64,000 nt of DNA from assembly GCA_041664925.1 (NCBI GenBank), contig JBAYJV010000001.1, positions 361,183 through 425,182 on the forward strand, given 5' to 3'. Below are positions 47,327 to 58,895 of this stretch, piece by piece. The first letter of the stretch is position 1; the number at the start of each line of letters is the position of its first letter. This DNA comes from Minisyncoccota bacterium. GTDB lineage: Bacteria > Patescibacteriota > Minisyncoccia > JBAYJV01. Position numbers and translations under genes: made by a program. The notes beneath the pieces were generated by a model. It made no database searches. It saw nothing but the letters and a program-made list of their open reading frames with translations, and was not told where the DNA came from.

Positions 47327-48463
47327 TCTAGTTTTCTTGTAAATTTTTTCAGTTTTTTTTGCAACGACTTCCCAATTATAATCATTGGTAACCATTTTCT
47401 GGCCCAAAAGGCCTATTTTTTTTAATTTATTTTCTGGAAGAGAAAGCATGTAACTAAGTTGTTGATATAAGCTTTCTTGATCCTTATTCTTAAAACAGAA
47501 ACCAAGACCTTTTATTACTTCCATGTTAGCGGGAATATCACTAACCAGTAAAGGAAGTTTATGGCTTAGAGCTTCAAGCAAGGAGAGTGATAATCCCTCG
47601 GACTCTGATGGGTGAACATAAATATAAGCGTTGGCAAAAAGTGCTCCTAGGGATTCTCCTGTTTGTTGTCCTGCGAAGATAATATTTTTATTATTTTTTG
47701 CCAAAGCCTTAATTTCTTTTTCATAATCTTCTGTAAAAACAGGGTCACCAACGATAACTAATTTTCTTTTTTTCTGAGTTTCTGAATCGAGTTTTTTAAA
47801 GGCCTTAATTAAAGTATGGATACCCTTATGACGCACTAAGCGGTTGACAGTAATAATATATTCACTTGGTTTAAGTTCCCATTTTTTCAGAATTTTTAGG
47901 GTTTTCTTGTTTGATATTTTATCATTGCCTAATTGGACAGCATTTGGGATGTAGGTTACTGATCGGTGGTATTTTTGGTTAACGTACTTTTTAAGTGTTT
48001 TTGAAACAACGATTGTTTTATGAGGAAAATAGACAGAAGAAAATTCTCCTAATCTAAGAAACAAGCGAGCCATTAATGACCATTTTTGATGGTAGTAGTC
48101 CTGGCAATGGAAAGTAGAAATTATCTTGGCGGTTGGTTTTAAAATCCGGGCAAGTGGTATGAAAAGGGAAGGGCCAATGCCATGATAATGAATTATGTCT
48201 AAATCTTTAATTTTAAAAATTGCATGAAGTGTTGCCAGTAAAGTATGTGAAGCAGCGTCAAAGTGCTTGGTTTTTAGAGAAGGTATATTTATTAAATTGA
48301 TACCACTAAACTTTTTGATATTTTTAGAGATGTAGTATGGCCTGGTATAGACAATTACTTCATGGCCCTGTCTCTTTAATTCCAAAGCTAAACCTTCGAC
48401 ATGTTTTTCAATGCCGCCTGATTTTGCCGGTATGCCTTTTTGGCCAATCATTACTACTTTCAT
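47276..48463 (-). CDS. GT4-family glycosyltransferase (GT-B fold)
   Basis: C-terminal EGLSLSLLEALSHKLPLLVSDIP: E-x7-E GT4 motif. Confidence 0.7.
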   Translation of the reverse strand: MKVVMIGQKGIPAKSGGIEKHVEGLALELKRQGHEVIVYTRPYYISKNIKKFSGINLINIPSLKTKHFDAASHTLLATLHAIFKIKDLDIIHYHGIGPSLFIPLARILKPTAKIISTFHCQDYYHQKWSLMARLFLRLGEFSSVYFPHKTIVVSKTLKKYVNQKYHRSVTYIPNAVQLGNDKISNKKTLKILKKWELKPSEYIITVNRLVRHKGIHTLIKAFKKLDSETQKKRKLVIVGDPVFTEDYEKEIKALAKNNKNIIFAGQQTGESLGALFANAYIYVHPSESEGLSLSLLEALSHKLPLLVSDIPANMEVIKGLGFCFKNKDQESLYQQLSYMLSLPENKLKKIGLLGQKMVTNDYNWEVVAKKTEKIYKKTRLCFQPRILFRFKTKEA

Positions 48464-48503
48464 ATTTTAAACACTAACTTAAATATTTATAAAATGCAAT
48501 AAC

Positions 48504-49745
48504 TTAAATATTTTTCTGATCAATCGCTTTTTGATAGACATTCATCAGGTTTTTATAGTGGACTTGCGGAGAAAAATTCTTTTCAACGAATAACCTAGCT
48601 GTCAGTCCCATAGTACGAATATCGCAAGGGTGTTCATAAAGATATTCGATTTTTTTTCTAAGGTCCTTTATATTGCCAGCCTCGAATAGAACGCCTGTTT
48701 TTCCGTCTTCAATGAGCTCGGGTAGGCCGCCTAGATTGCTAGCGATAACAGGCTTTCCCATGGCGAATGATTCTATAACAGAAAAGGGAGAATTTTCATA
48801 AGATACTGATGGCACGACGACGAAAGCTGAATTTCCAATGGTCTCTTTCAAATCATTGCCGTATTTTGGTCCGATCATCTCTATATTTGACCATTTTTTT
48901 TCTTTGATTAAATCTTTCAATTTTTCTTGATCAGGACCGCTGCCAACAATTTTTAAATTTATGTTTGGTAATTCTGAAACAGCCTCAATCAAGTCTGTAA
49001 TTCCTTTTTGAGAGTGAATTCTGCCAAAGAAGAGAATATAATTTCCCGGGGAGAGTTTTGGTGAATACTGATCAATTTCTATAAATGGCTTCAGATAAAT
49101 CATTTTGTCTTTGGGAAAATTATTATTAATGTACTTATCTTTTATAAACTTAGAAGGAGCAAGAAAGTAATTAATATTCTTTGAATAAATTTTACTAATT
49201 TTTTCAAAATAAAGCCTGATGGTAGCTGCAAGACTTGCGCTTCGTGAATTTTTAACACATTTATGTGTTATTGCTTTCCAAAATTTTCCATGACTACAAG
49301 ACTCGTGAACTCTATTATTAAAACAAAGATTGTAATTAGGAGAAATTAAATGGAAATCGTGCAATGTCTGTACAACGGGTATTTGGTATTTCTTAAAAAC
49401 AGAAAGAATTGATGGTGTAATATGATGATAAATGTTATGAACATGAGCAATGTCTGGTTTTTCCTTTTTTATCAATTCTTCAATCTTTCGTTTGGCTTCA
49501 AGAGAATAAATAAATTTAGGGAAATTTTTAATTGATCTTAAAGACAATTTTGGTTTTGAAAAGTCTTGTTCTTCAACAAAATATGAGCTATAAATAGAAG
49601 GGGCACTGTCTTTGTCTTTCATTGCGAAAATCTGGATTTCATGACCGGCCTTACCAAGTAATTCATTTAGCGCAAAAAGATATCGTCCGACTCCGCCCGA
49701 CCTGCCCTTTGTATGATAGAATTTATTGATTTGAAGAATTTTCAT
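48504..49745 (-). CDS. GT4-family glycosyltransferase (GT-B fold)
   Basis: YENSPFSVIESFAMGKPVIASNLGGLPELIEDGKTGVLFE. Confidence 0.7.
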   Translation of the reverse strand: MKILQINKFYHTKGRSGGVGRYLFALNELLGKAGHEIQIFAMKDKDSAPSIYSSYFVEEQDFSKPKLSLRSIKNFPKFIYSLEAKRKIEELIKKEKPDIAHVHNIYHHITPSILSVFKKYQIPVVQTLHDFHLISPNYNLCFNNRVHESCSHGKFWKAITHKCVKNSRSASLAATIRLYFEKISKIYSKNINYFLAPSKFIKDKYINNNFPKDKMIYLKPFIEIDQYSPKLSPGNYILFFGRIHSQKGITDLIEAVSELPNINLKIVGSGPDQEKLKDLIKEKKWSNIEMIGPKYGNDLKETIGNSAFVVVPSVSYENSPFSVIESFAMGKPVIASNLGGLPELIEDGKTGVLFEAGNIKDLRKKIEYLYEHPCDIRTMGLTARLFVEKNFSPQVHYKNLMNVYQKAIDQKNI

Positions 49746-49754
49746 TTAAAATAA

Positions 49755-51104
49755 ATGGACAAAAAAACACAATACATATTTTTCGTTTCTGGGTTATTGA
49801 TCATTTTTTTGTTTGCCATTTTATTGGGACTTAATTTGATCCAAGGATTATTCTTGTTTGCATTATCTTTGCTTGGATTATTAATGTTTTTCCGGCCACT
49901 CTGGGCACTGATAATTTTATTAATCACAAGACCGGCGATTGATTTGTGGGGGACAGCCCCCCTTATAGATATTAATACTATATCGTTAAACTATAATAGC
50001 CTTATCGGACTATTGGTCTTTGTTGCTGGTATTGCTTATTTGTCAAAAGAGCGAAAAAGATTACCCGCGATCCCGTCTATTTATCTTATAGTATCGTTTA
50101 TTCTTTTAGCGCTTATTAGTCTTATCTGGTCGCCAAGCATCATTGATGGCCTTAGAGAATTCATTAGAATTTCAGGTATCTTTATTATATTTGCAGTTTC
50201 CTTTTTGACCATCTCCAATAAATCTCATTTCAAAATTCTTTTAAAAGCATTCATTATTTCATCGCTGATACCTTTAATAGTTTCAATTATTCAATATTTC
50301 ACTGAAACAGGAGAAGTAATTTTTGGAGAATTTTTTAAAAGACTTTACGGAAGCTTTTTTTACCCGAACAGTCTTGCTTTCTTTTTAGTTTTTATTATTG
50401 CAATCTTACTCTTTCAGTTTTCTCAATCGAGAAAAATTGAAACTAAATTTCTATATGGACTATTTACTCTAATTATCTTTCTTGTGCTTTTGGGAACATA
50501 TACCAGGGGAGCATGGCTTGGAGGAATACTAGTTTTTCTTGTCTTCGGTCTTGTAAAGTTCAGGAAGATTTTACTTGGAGGAGTTTTGTTAATAGTTTTA
50601 ATGTGTCTATTTGTGCCAATCATCCAAGAGAGAGTGGGAGATGTTGTAAGTCTTGAGCCATTTAGTTCTTTATTTTGGCGAATCAAGTTGTGGCAGGGGA
50701 TGATAGATTTTTTCATGCAAAAACCAATTCTTGGTCACGGACTTAATGCATTCCAAGTTCTTTCTCAAGATCTTCAAGGACTTAGCATTTTACCAGCACC
50801 AGAAGCTCACAATGATTATTTAAAATTATTAATAGAACTTGGCATTGCCGGTTTCATTCTTTACTTCGCTATCAACATTAAGCTATTAATCTTTAATCTC
50901 AAAAATTTTCTTAAGAATAAAGATAAATTTCTTAAAGACGCCAGCCTGTTGGCAGTAATACTTGTCGGTGTTTTCATTCTAATGGCTTTCGGTGACAATA
51001 TAATGCGTGGAACTGCGACTGAATGGTGTTTGTTTGCGTATCTGGGAGGGTTAGCGGGTATTATGAAAGTAGGTGTTTTTGGTAAAAAACTTCAGAAACG
51101 ATAG
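49755..51104 (+). CDS. O-antigen ligase / polymerase-like (Wzy/WaaL family) polytopic membrane protein
   Basis: About 11 TM helices with a mid-protein periplasmic loop (YTRGAWLGGILVF) characteristic of the Wzy_C family. Divergent from GT4 genes. Confidence 0.5.
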   Translation: MDKKTQYIFFVSGLLIIFLFAILLGLNLIQGLFLFALSLLGLLMFFRPLWALIILLITRPAIDLWGTAPLIDINTISLNYNSLIGLLVFVAGIAYLSKERKRLPAIPSIYLIVSFILLALISLIWSPSIIDGLREFIRISGIFIIFAVSFLTISNKSHFKILLKAFIISSLIPLIVSIIQYFTETGEVIFGEFFKRLYGSFFYPNSLAFFLVFIIAILLFQFSQSRKIETKFLYGLFTLIIFLVLLGTYTRGAWLGGILVFLVFGLVKFRKILLGGVLLIVLMCLFVPIIQERVGDVVSLEPFSSLFWRIKLWQGMIDFFMQKPILGHGLNAFQVLSQDLQGLSILPAPEAHNDYLKLLIELGIAGFILYFAINIKLLIFNLKNFLKNKDKFLKDASLLAVILVGVFILMAFGDNIMRGTATEWCLFAYLGGLAGIMKVGVFGKKLQKR

Positions 51105-51121
51105 TTAATAAGAAGAAAATA

Positions 51122-51162
51122 GGGCAGAAAGAAGACAGTTCCTCCTTCTGCCCTTTTGTTTT
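51122..51162. terminator. bidirectional rho-independent terminator
   Basis: GGGCAGAA-AGAAGACAGTTCCTCC-TTCTGCCC followed by TTTTGTTTT, with an A-run before it. Confidence 0.6.
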
Positions 51163-51164
51163 CT

Positions 51165-51899
51165 CTAGGTACAAGGAATCTTTATTGGTTGAAAATTGCT
51201 CCGATCAAAGACGCCGTTGATGATTTCTCCAAATGCGTCTCGATCCTGACAATCAATCACCCAATATTGATCATGATCTCTGGTGTCCATCCATCCTGGA
51301 TTTAACCAGACATGATCAACCGTTCCATCGGGATTTCCCGGGTATAGAAAGATGAGTTGACCGTGCACGGTACCACTGATCGGGATGCCATGCAAGACGA
51401 AGATCACTTCTTCCCACGTACCGTCACTATCCGTTCTTACGGTTCTGGAATAGATTTCCTGACGATACGTGGCGTCGTGATCTCTGAGCCTACTCAATTC
51501 CCAGCCCGTTTGATCACTTGACCAGAAAATCCCTGCTAACTGCTTACCGATGCTGTCGTAAGAAAAGACACTCTGGATAAATTCAGGCGTCGATAAACCA
51601 CGCGTCTGAACTAATCCGTTAAAAGCAATTTCCTCTTGGATATGTCCCTTCCAACTTGCTCTTACTGTCTGGCCGGCGGCCACGATGTAGATATCTCTGA
51701 CTAGGACGTAAGCCGTGATTGTTCCATCAGGCTCAGGCACAAGCTTCATCCGACTTGCATCCCATGCCCTTGACTGGCCATCGAAGACTAGCACATTCCA
51801 CGGATAGTTATTGTTCTGGCCATTGGCTGCGGAAACAGCAATGCCGAACAATAAGATACCCAACAAAATTGAGACAACCAACGAGATCTTTCTCCTCAT
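51165..51899 (-). CDS. secreted hypothetical protein encoded by a compositionally atypical (GC-rich) gene
   Basis: Signal peptide MRRKISLVVSILLGILLFGIAVSAA. Strong SD AGGAGGAAGGG upstream. G+C visibly ~15 points above the surrounding sequence. Confidence 0.35.
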   Translation of the reverse strand: MRRKISLVVSILLGILLFGIAVSAANGQNNNYPWNVLVFDGQSRAWDASRMKLVPEPDGTITAYVLVRDIYIVAAGQTVRASWKGHIQEEIAFNGLVQTRGLSTPEFIQSVFSYDSIGKQLAGIFWSSDQTGWELSRLRDHDATYRQEIYSRTVRTDSDGTWEEVIFVLHGIPISGTVHGQLIFLYPGNPDGTVDHVWLNPGWMDTRDHDQYWVIDCQDRDAFGEIINGVFDRSNFQPIKIPCT

Positions 51900-51985
51900 T
51901 TTCCCTTCCTCCTTTTAGAAGGTACTTCTGGCCAAACCATTTGACCGCAAGGCAAAGAAAGTTTCTTTGCCCTTCGCTCAAATCG

Positions 51986-52759
51986 TTAAATTATTGGAAG
52001 ATTACTAGGCGCGCTAGCTTTTTTTGTCAATTCCTCTGAAGGATTATTAATAATTCTTTTTTTATTTTCTTCAGACTTAACTATATTTTTCAATACTGTT
52101 TTCTTAGTTCCTTTCTCTGGGAACATAAAGACAAATCCGGCACTTGCTAGAAATCCAACAATGAGTCCAAGAAAAGTATTAACTAAAGCATGTGGCTTAA
52201 CAAATTTATTACTCACAATAGCGTCACCCAGAGTAATGGTTTCAATTTCTTGATTACTACCCAAGAACAAGTCACGATCATTTTTAATTATTTGGGTTAT
52301 TGCTTGATCAATATCATAAGCCTCTTTTTGATCAGGATGAAAAACATCTATTCTCAATATACCAGTATTGGGAACAGTTTCAACAATTGCAGTTTTTCGC
52401 CATTTTTTAATGATTTTTTCCTGGTTTTTCCCAAAGTATGCAGTATCGATGTTAAAATTTGACTTCGAAATTCTTTCCCAAAAAGCGGAAGAATAAATGA
52501 TTTGCTTAAAGGTATAAGCAAGTTGTTCTGCGCCCTTGATGGCGGTATAGGCATCAATGTTTGGGTTTTGTTTCTGGATAATCAAATACTCACTAGAGGC
52601 TCTGTAATAATGAGGGAGAAAGAAATTTATGTACAAACCGAAGGTAGCAGAAATGATCACAGTAATCAGAACCGCTTCCCATCTATTTTTAATTTTTTTG
52701 AAAAAGTCTTGAATATTCATGGTAATCCCCATCCTATCATATTCTAGTTCATTTGTCAA
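51986..52759 (-). CDS. Wzz/PCP-like polysaccharide chain-length-determinant family protein
   Basis: N-terminal TM (VLITVIISATFGLYINFF) and C-terminal TM (FLGLIVGFLASAGFVFMF) bracket a ~170 aa periplasmic domain. Confidence 0.35.
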   Translation of the reverse strand: MTNELEYDRMGITMNIQDFFKKIKNRWEAVLITVIISATFGLYINFFLPHYYRASSEYLIIQKQNPNIDAYTAIKGAEQLAYTFKQIIYSSAFWERISKSNFNIDTAYFGKNQEKIIKKWRKTAIVETVPNTGILRIDVFHPDQKEAYDIDQAITQIIKNDRDLFLGSNQEIETITLGDAIVSNKFVKPHALVNTFLGLIVGFLASAGFVFMFPEKGTKKTVLKNIVKSEENKKRIINNPSEELTKKASAPSNLPII

Positions 52760-52932
52760 TAGATTTGGTCGTTTTTTTAGATTATTTGGAAAAAATGATT
52801 AATCAAGAGAAGCCTTGACAATTTATAAAAGCGCGCTAATATATAGGGTAATGATAAAATTAGCACACTACACATTAGAGTGCTAATTTAAAAAACCAGT
52901 TTTTATTAAAAATACTTGTGTTTTAAAGCAAT

Positions 52933-53226
52933 ATGAATATCAAACCTTTAGCAGACAGAATCCTCATTGAACCTATCTCTTCTGAAGAAAAAACAAAATC
53001 AGGCATTGTTTTACCAGATACTGCAGAAAAAGAGAGACCAGAACAAGGCAAAGTTGTTGCGGTCGGTCCAGGAAAGATTTTAGATAACGGAAATCGCCAA
53101 AAAATAGAAGTTGAAAAAGGGGACATTGTGCTTTTTTCTAAGTATGGTCCTACGGAAATTAAAATTGACAATAAAGATTATCTAATTGCCAGAGAAGACG
53201 ATATTTTGGCTGTTATAAAGAAATAA
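52933..53226 (+). CDS. groES: co-chaperonin GroES
   Basis: [14 protein letters not shown]...[24 protein letters not shown]. Confidence 0.9.
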   Translation: MNIKPLADRILIEPISSEEKTKSGIVLPDTAEKERPEQGKVVAVGPGKILDNGNRQKIEVEKGDIVLFSKYGPTEIKIDNKDYLIAREDDILAVIKK

Positions 53227-53240
53227 TAACTAAACTGTAA

Positions 53241-54881
<1,641 letters not shown>

Positions 54882-54902
54882 AACTGAATAATATTTGATA
54901 AT

Positions 54903-54932
54903 AAAAAAGCAGGAGAATTTCTCCTGCTTTTT
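54903..54932. terminator. bidirectional rho-independent terminator after groEL
   Basis: AAAAAGCAGGAGAATTTCTCCTGCTTTTTG. Confidence 0.65.
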
Positions 54933-54950
54933 GTTATCAAGGACGAATCA

Positions 54951-57887
54951 TCAAGGAACACTAATTGATTTATTAGCGTTCTGACTTACGGTTGGCCAAT
55001 GGAAACTTAAAATATCTATATTCAACCAGAAGCGGCAACTAGCGGAAATATTTTTACTTCCTCCACTTGAATAAGAGTGAGAAAGACCATCACCTTGAGC
55101 TGCTTTGTAAAGAGAGTCTTTCTTTGAGCCATCTTTCCAATCAATTTGATTTGTTGTTGGCATGTCAAGTCTTAATTTTGTTCCTCGATAAGCAATGGGT
55201 CCAACTTTAAAGTTAATTCCTTGAATAATTGGTTCGCCCAAAATACTTATATAAATATTTGGCACAGAACAAATGCCGATAGATGCTGGCCTTATATCTT
55301 GGTCATAGAGCTTCACGGTATGGGGAGGAGACGAGACGGGTAATGGATTAAGACTTCCAATGCTGCAATCTTCCCAATTATTTGCATTAAGTAAGGTACA
55401 GACAGCAGAAACTAAATCAGTCGGACAGGCGAAATTTCCATTAATTTCGACAGTAATCAATAATTTTTTGACAATACTGATTAGATCTAAATGAATAATA
55501 TCTTGGATGAGATTTTGATTGATAACAATTTTAAAAAGTCTATGAAGAATGTCGTAACGAATTCCAGTTAATTTCTCAGCTGCCTTGGCAGTAAACTCTA
55601 CAATCAAATCCTTTACTTTAGTTTCCGCATAACTCTTAAGGCTTTCTAGGGATATGTTTTTTGTTTCGGTTAAAAATTTAGCGAAACGAGCAATTTCTGC
55701 AATTAATTTTGGATCAATACCCAATGATTCTTCGATAAAGGGAGCAACAAAATCAGTAGCTATTTGAGTTAGAATTGCTTTTCCGCGAGATTCAAGATAG
55801 CTTTTGAAAGAACTAATAAATTGAGAAGGATTGAAGTTCAAGAAACCATTAAGGTTTCCACCGGTACTTATGGCGTAATTAGCAAAATCAATAATATACT
55901 TTGAAAGATCAGGGTTTATCTTTAATTCATTTTTTAGGAATGAATAGGCCTGCTGAGAAACAAATTTAACGGCGTTTTTAATAAATACCTGACTATCAAT
56001 ATCTATGGTTATTCCAGCACTGCTTAGGGAAGCAGAAAATCCAGTTCCATCAACTTCAACAGATAAATCTGCTAAACTAAGGCCCTTGTCAAAGAGATAA
56101 TATTTTAGGAGACGGATAGTTTTTTCAACTAACTGACTATCAATTGCTTTTTGAATAGTATTCCCATCAACATCCGGAACATTTAATTTGACGATATCTA
56201 TGAGCTTATTGACTGCCTCAGCGGCAATATCGTAAGCAACGTTCTGAATTATTTCAATTCCTTTCTGAAGAGTAATATTATTAGCAGATGCATAAGATTG
56301 CCAAAGAGACTGAATGTCGGCTTTGGTTTTTTGAATAATGTCTTTTAGACTTAGACTCCTTGAATCAACCAAATACCTGACAAAACCAACAACATTGTTG
56401 ATTTCCTGATCAGATAGGCCGTTTTCTCTCTTAAATCTATTAATTGTGTCTGAAGCCAAACTATTTACTGCTTGAATAATTTGACTTTTGGTTGTACTAG
56501 CAAAAGTATCAATACTTAGGCCAGTTTTTATAAAATTAACTAATTTTTCAGCTTGAACAAGTTTTTGAAGCACAGGCGAGGTACTTTCCTGAGCGTACTG
56601 GAGAAGAAAAGTACCAATACTAGCAGGGGAGGAAAGAATATTGCCAAGTTCTTGTCCGTTTTTAACTAGATATGCTGAGAAATTACCGAGTTCTTGAGCA
56701 ACGCCGGGGTCAAGGTTTAAAGTAAGTGAAAAATTAACTATAAACTCTTTTACAACATTAGCAGCTACTCCTTTGAGGGCGCTAACGCCTAAATCTATGA
56801 ATTTATTGAGATTATCAGCAAAATAATCTGGATCACTAACAGCTTGTTGAATATTGATGCCCTTTGCCTGAAGCCAGAAATAAAAATCAACTAATCCCTG
56901 AACCTTTTTAGCAATGTCTTCACCAAAAAGTCCAACGATAACTTCACCTGAGAAATCTTTTGCAAAACTTCCTAAAAGAGCGGAAATAATAGAGCCAGTA
57001 ATATTACACAAATCTAACTTAAGAGCTTCCTGATCGCCTTGGTCAGTGGGATTTTCTTTCCATCCTTTCTCGGTACACTGATAATTCTCTCCGGGTCGTG
57101 GATCTTTTTTTGGTTCTCCGCATGACCATTGGTAATACCCAGAAGAGTTTTTTTGGCAGGTAGAATTGTTATAGTAACGGCAATATTCTGTGCCATTTTC
57201 TTCTATAATTCTAGCTAGATCACAAGTGTCTGAAGGGGATCCCTGAGATAGATAGCAATTAAATGAACTATCTATTCCGAGAAGATTTTCAACGCTAAAA
57301 TTTATGACTGGCTCTGTAATGGTGCAGGCGCTTTTGACTTTTACCCAGTAACCTCTAAAAGGCTCAAGGTTGGCCGCCGGGACAAGCATTTTATAATCAG
57401 ACCCAGTCGCTTCAAAAAGCCAATTAACGTCTAATTGGCAAGTTCCTTTAAGTTGGTTCCAGTTATAGTTGGTGGTAGACGAGACAAGATTCCATCCAGC
57501 CTTAAGCGTTGTGTTTTTTTCACTCCTATTTCCTTGGCCGGTAGATCCAATATCAAGACTGCAATCTTCGTCAACCCTTACCCAATAGGCATTTAGCGGT
57601 TTTAAGGTGGTTACTTTTTGATATTTGAAAAGAGTAGAATTCCACTCCCATGGACCAGAAGCAATTCTGCAACCAGAAAGGTATGTTGATGATAAAGTTT
57701 CATCGGAAGGAGAAATCAAATTCCATCCCTTTTTAAGACTAATTGTTCCTTGGGGATCCGGAACAACTCCTGCTATAGCTTTTTTAGGTGACAAAAAAGA
57801 GCCTGCATAAATGAGGCCTGTTTGTGAGATAATAAGCGATATTAAAACAAAAATAATCGTTATTTTCTTTGTTAATCCAATGTGCAT
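54951..57887 (-). CDS. large secreted protein (978 aa) with N-terminal internal repeats; unknown function
   Basis: Signal/anchor MHIGLTKKITIIFVLISLIISQTGLIYA. Repeated module LKKGWNLISPS / LKAGWNLVSST. Long helical middle region. Confidence 0.35.
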   Translation of the reverse strand: MHIGLTKKITIIFVLISLIISQTGLIYAGSFLSPKKAIAGVVPDPQGTISLKKGWNLISPSDETLSSTYLSGCRIASGPWEWNSTLFKYQKVTTLKPLNAYWVRVDEDCSLDIGSTGQGNRSEKNTTLKAGWNLVSSTTNYNWNQLKGTCQLDVNWLFEATGSDYKMLVPAANLEPFRGYWVKVKSACTITEPVINFSVENLLGIDSSFNCYLSQGSPSDTCDLARIIEENGTEYCRYYNNSTCQKNSSGYYQWSCGEPKKDPRPGENYQCTEKGWKENPTDQGDQEALKLDLCNITGSIISALLGSFAKDFSGEVIVGLFGEDIAKKVQGLVDFYFWLQAKGINIQQAVSDPDYFADNLNKFIDLGVSALKGVAANVVKEFIVNFSLTLNLDPGVAQELGNFSAYLVKNGQELGNILSSPASIGTFLLQYAQESTSPVLQKLVQAEKLVNFIKTGLSIDTFASTTKSQIIQAVNSLASDTINRFKRENGLSDQEINNVVGFVRYLVDSRSLSLKDIIQKTKADIQSLWQSYASANNITLQKGIEIIQNVAYDIAAEAVNKLIDIVKLNVPDVDGNTIQKAIDSQLVEKTIRLLKYYLFDKGLSLADLSVEVDGTGFSASLSSAGITIDIDSQVFIKNAVKFVSQQAYSFLKNELKINPDLSKYIIDFANYAISTGGNLNGFLNFNPSQFISSFKSYLESRGKAILTQIATDFVAPFIEESLGIDPKLIAEIARFAKFLTETKNISLESLKSYAETKVKDLIVEFTAKAAEKLTGIRYDILHRLFKIVINQNLIQDIIHLDLISIVKKLLITVEINGNFACPTDLVSAVCTLLNANNWEDCSIGSLNPLPVSSPPHTVKLYDQDIRPASIGICSVPNIYISILGEPIIQGINFKVGPIAYRGTKLRLDMPTTNQIDWKDGSKKDSLYKAAQGDGLSHSYSSGGSKNISASCRFWLNIDILSFHWPTVSQNANKSISVP

Positions 57888-57955
57888 GATTTTAAATTCA
57901 CAGATTTTGTTGTATATTAAAACTACATCCCCATTATACTCTTAATTCTAATCAA

Positions 57956-58783
57956 ATGACTGTGGATAAAAATAAAACAAAAACCTCATTTCTGTCGGAA
58001 GATATAAAACCGCAAAAATCTTTAGGGCAAAATTTTCTTTTAGGTCAAGAAATACTTAATGAAATAGTTGATCTGGCAGAAGTGAAAACGAGCGATACAG
58101 TTCTTGAGATTGGACCAGGAACAGGATCTTTAACAAAAGAATTGGCAAAAAATGCCTCAAAAGTTATTGCGGTGGAAAAAGACGAGAAATTAATTTTCGT
58201 TCTTAAGGAAGAATTAAAAAACTACAAAAATATTGAAATTATTTGTAGCGACATTAGGGAGTGGCTTAATAGTGATAATTTAAAAATACAGGAACCATAC
58301 AAGCTTGTGGCCAATTTGCCATATTATTTGAGCAGTTTTATCATTAGACGGTTTTTAGAAATTAAACAAAAACCGGAAATGATTGTTTTAACTCTCCAAA
58401 AAGAACTTGTTGAGAGAATTTGCGAAAGAGAAGGAAGAATGAGTCTTATTTCAATCATGGTAAATCTCTATGGGAAACCTCAGTTGGGGCCTATTATTAC
58501 CAGAGATAAATTTTATCCTGCTCCTCAAGTTGATTCACGGGTTTTAATTATAAAAGATATAAAAAAGCCGGAGAATATTGATGAAAAATATTTTTTCCGG
58601 ATTCTTCGAATTGGATTTTCAAGCAAAAGAAAAAAACTTTTAAGCAATCTTAAAAATGGAACACGACTTTCAAAAGAAAAATTAAAAGAAATTTTTAATG
58701 ATTTATTCATTAGTGACATGGTCAGAGCTCAAGAATTGTCACTAGATCAATGGAAGAAATTGAGTGCCAAGATAAAGACATAG
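57956..58783 (+). CDS. rsmA: 16S rRNA (adenine1518/1519-N6)-dimethyltransferase
   Basis: SLGQNFLLGQEI...VLEIGPGTGSLT...NLPYYLSS: KsgA/RsmA motifs. Confidence 0.85.
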   Translation: MTVDKNKTKTSFLSEDIKPQKSLGQNFLLGQEILNEIVDLAEVKTSDTVLEIGPGTGSLTKELAKNASKVIAVEKDEKLIFVLKEELKNYKNIEIICSDIREWLNSDNLKIQEPYKLVANLPYYLSSFIIRRFLEIKQKPEMIVLTLQKELVERICEREGRMSLISIMVNLYGKPQLGPIITRDKFYPAPQVDSRVLIIKDIKKPENIDEKYFFRILRIGFSSKRKKLLSNLKNGTRLSKEKLKEIFNDLFISDMVRAQELSLDQWKKLSAKIKT

Positions 58784-58895
58784 GAAACCTAGAATTGACA
58801 ACTAAAAAATAGGTGTCAGAAACTATAGAAAATATGCCCAGTTGTCCCCAGTTTTCGTGGTTTAACTTGGGATTTTTTTTGTTATAATTGAACCA

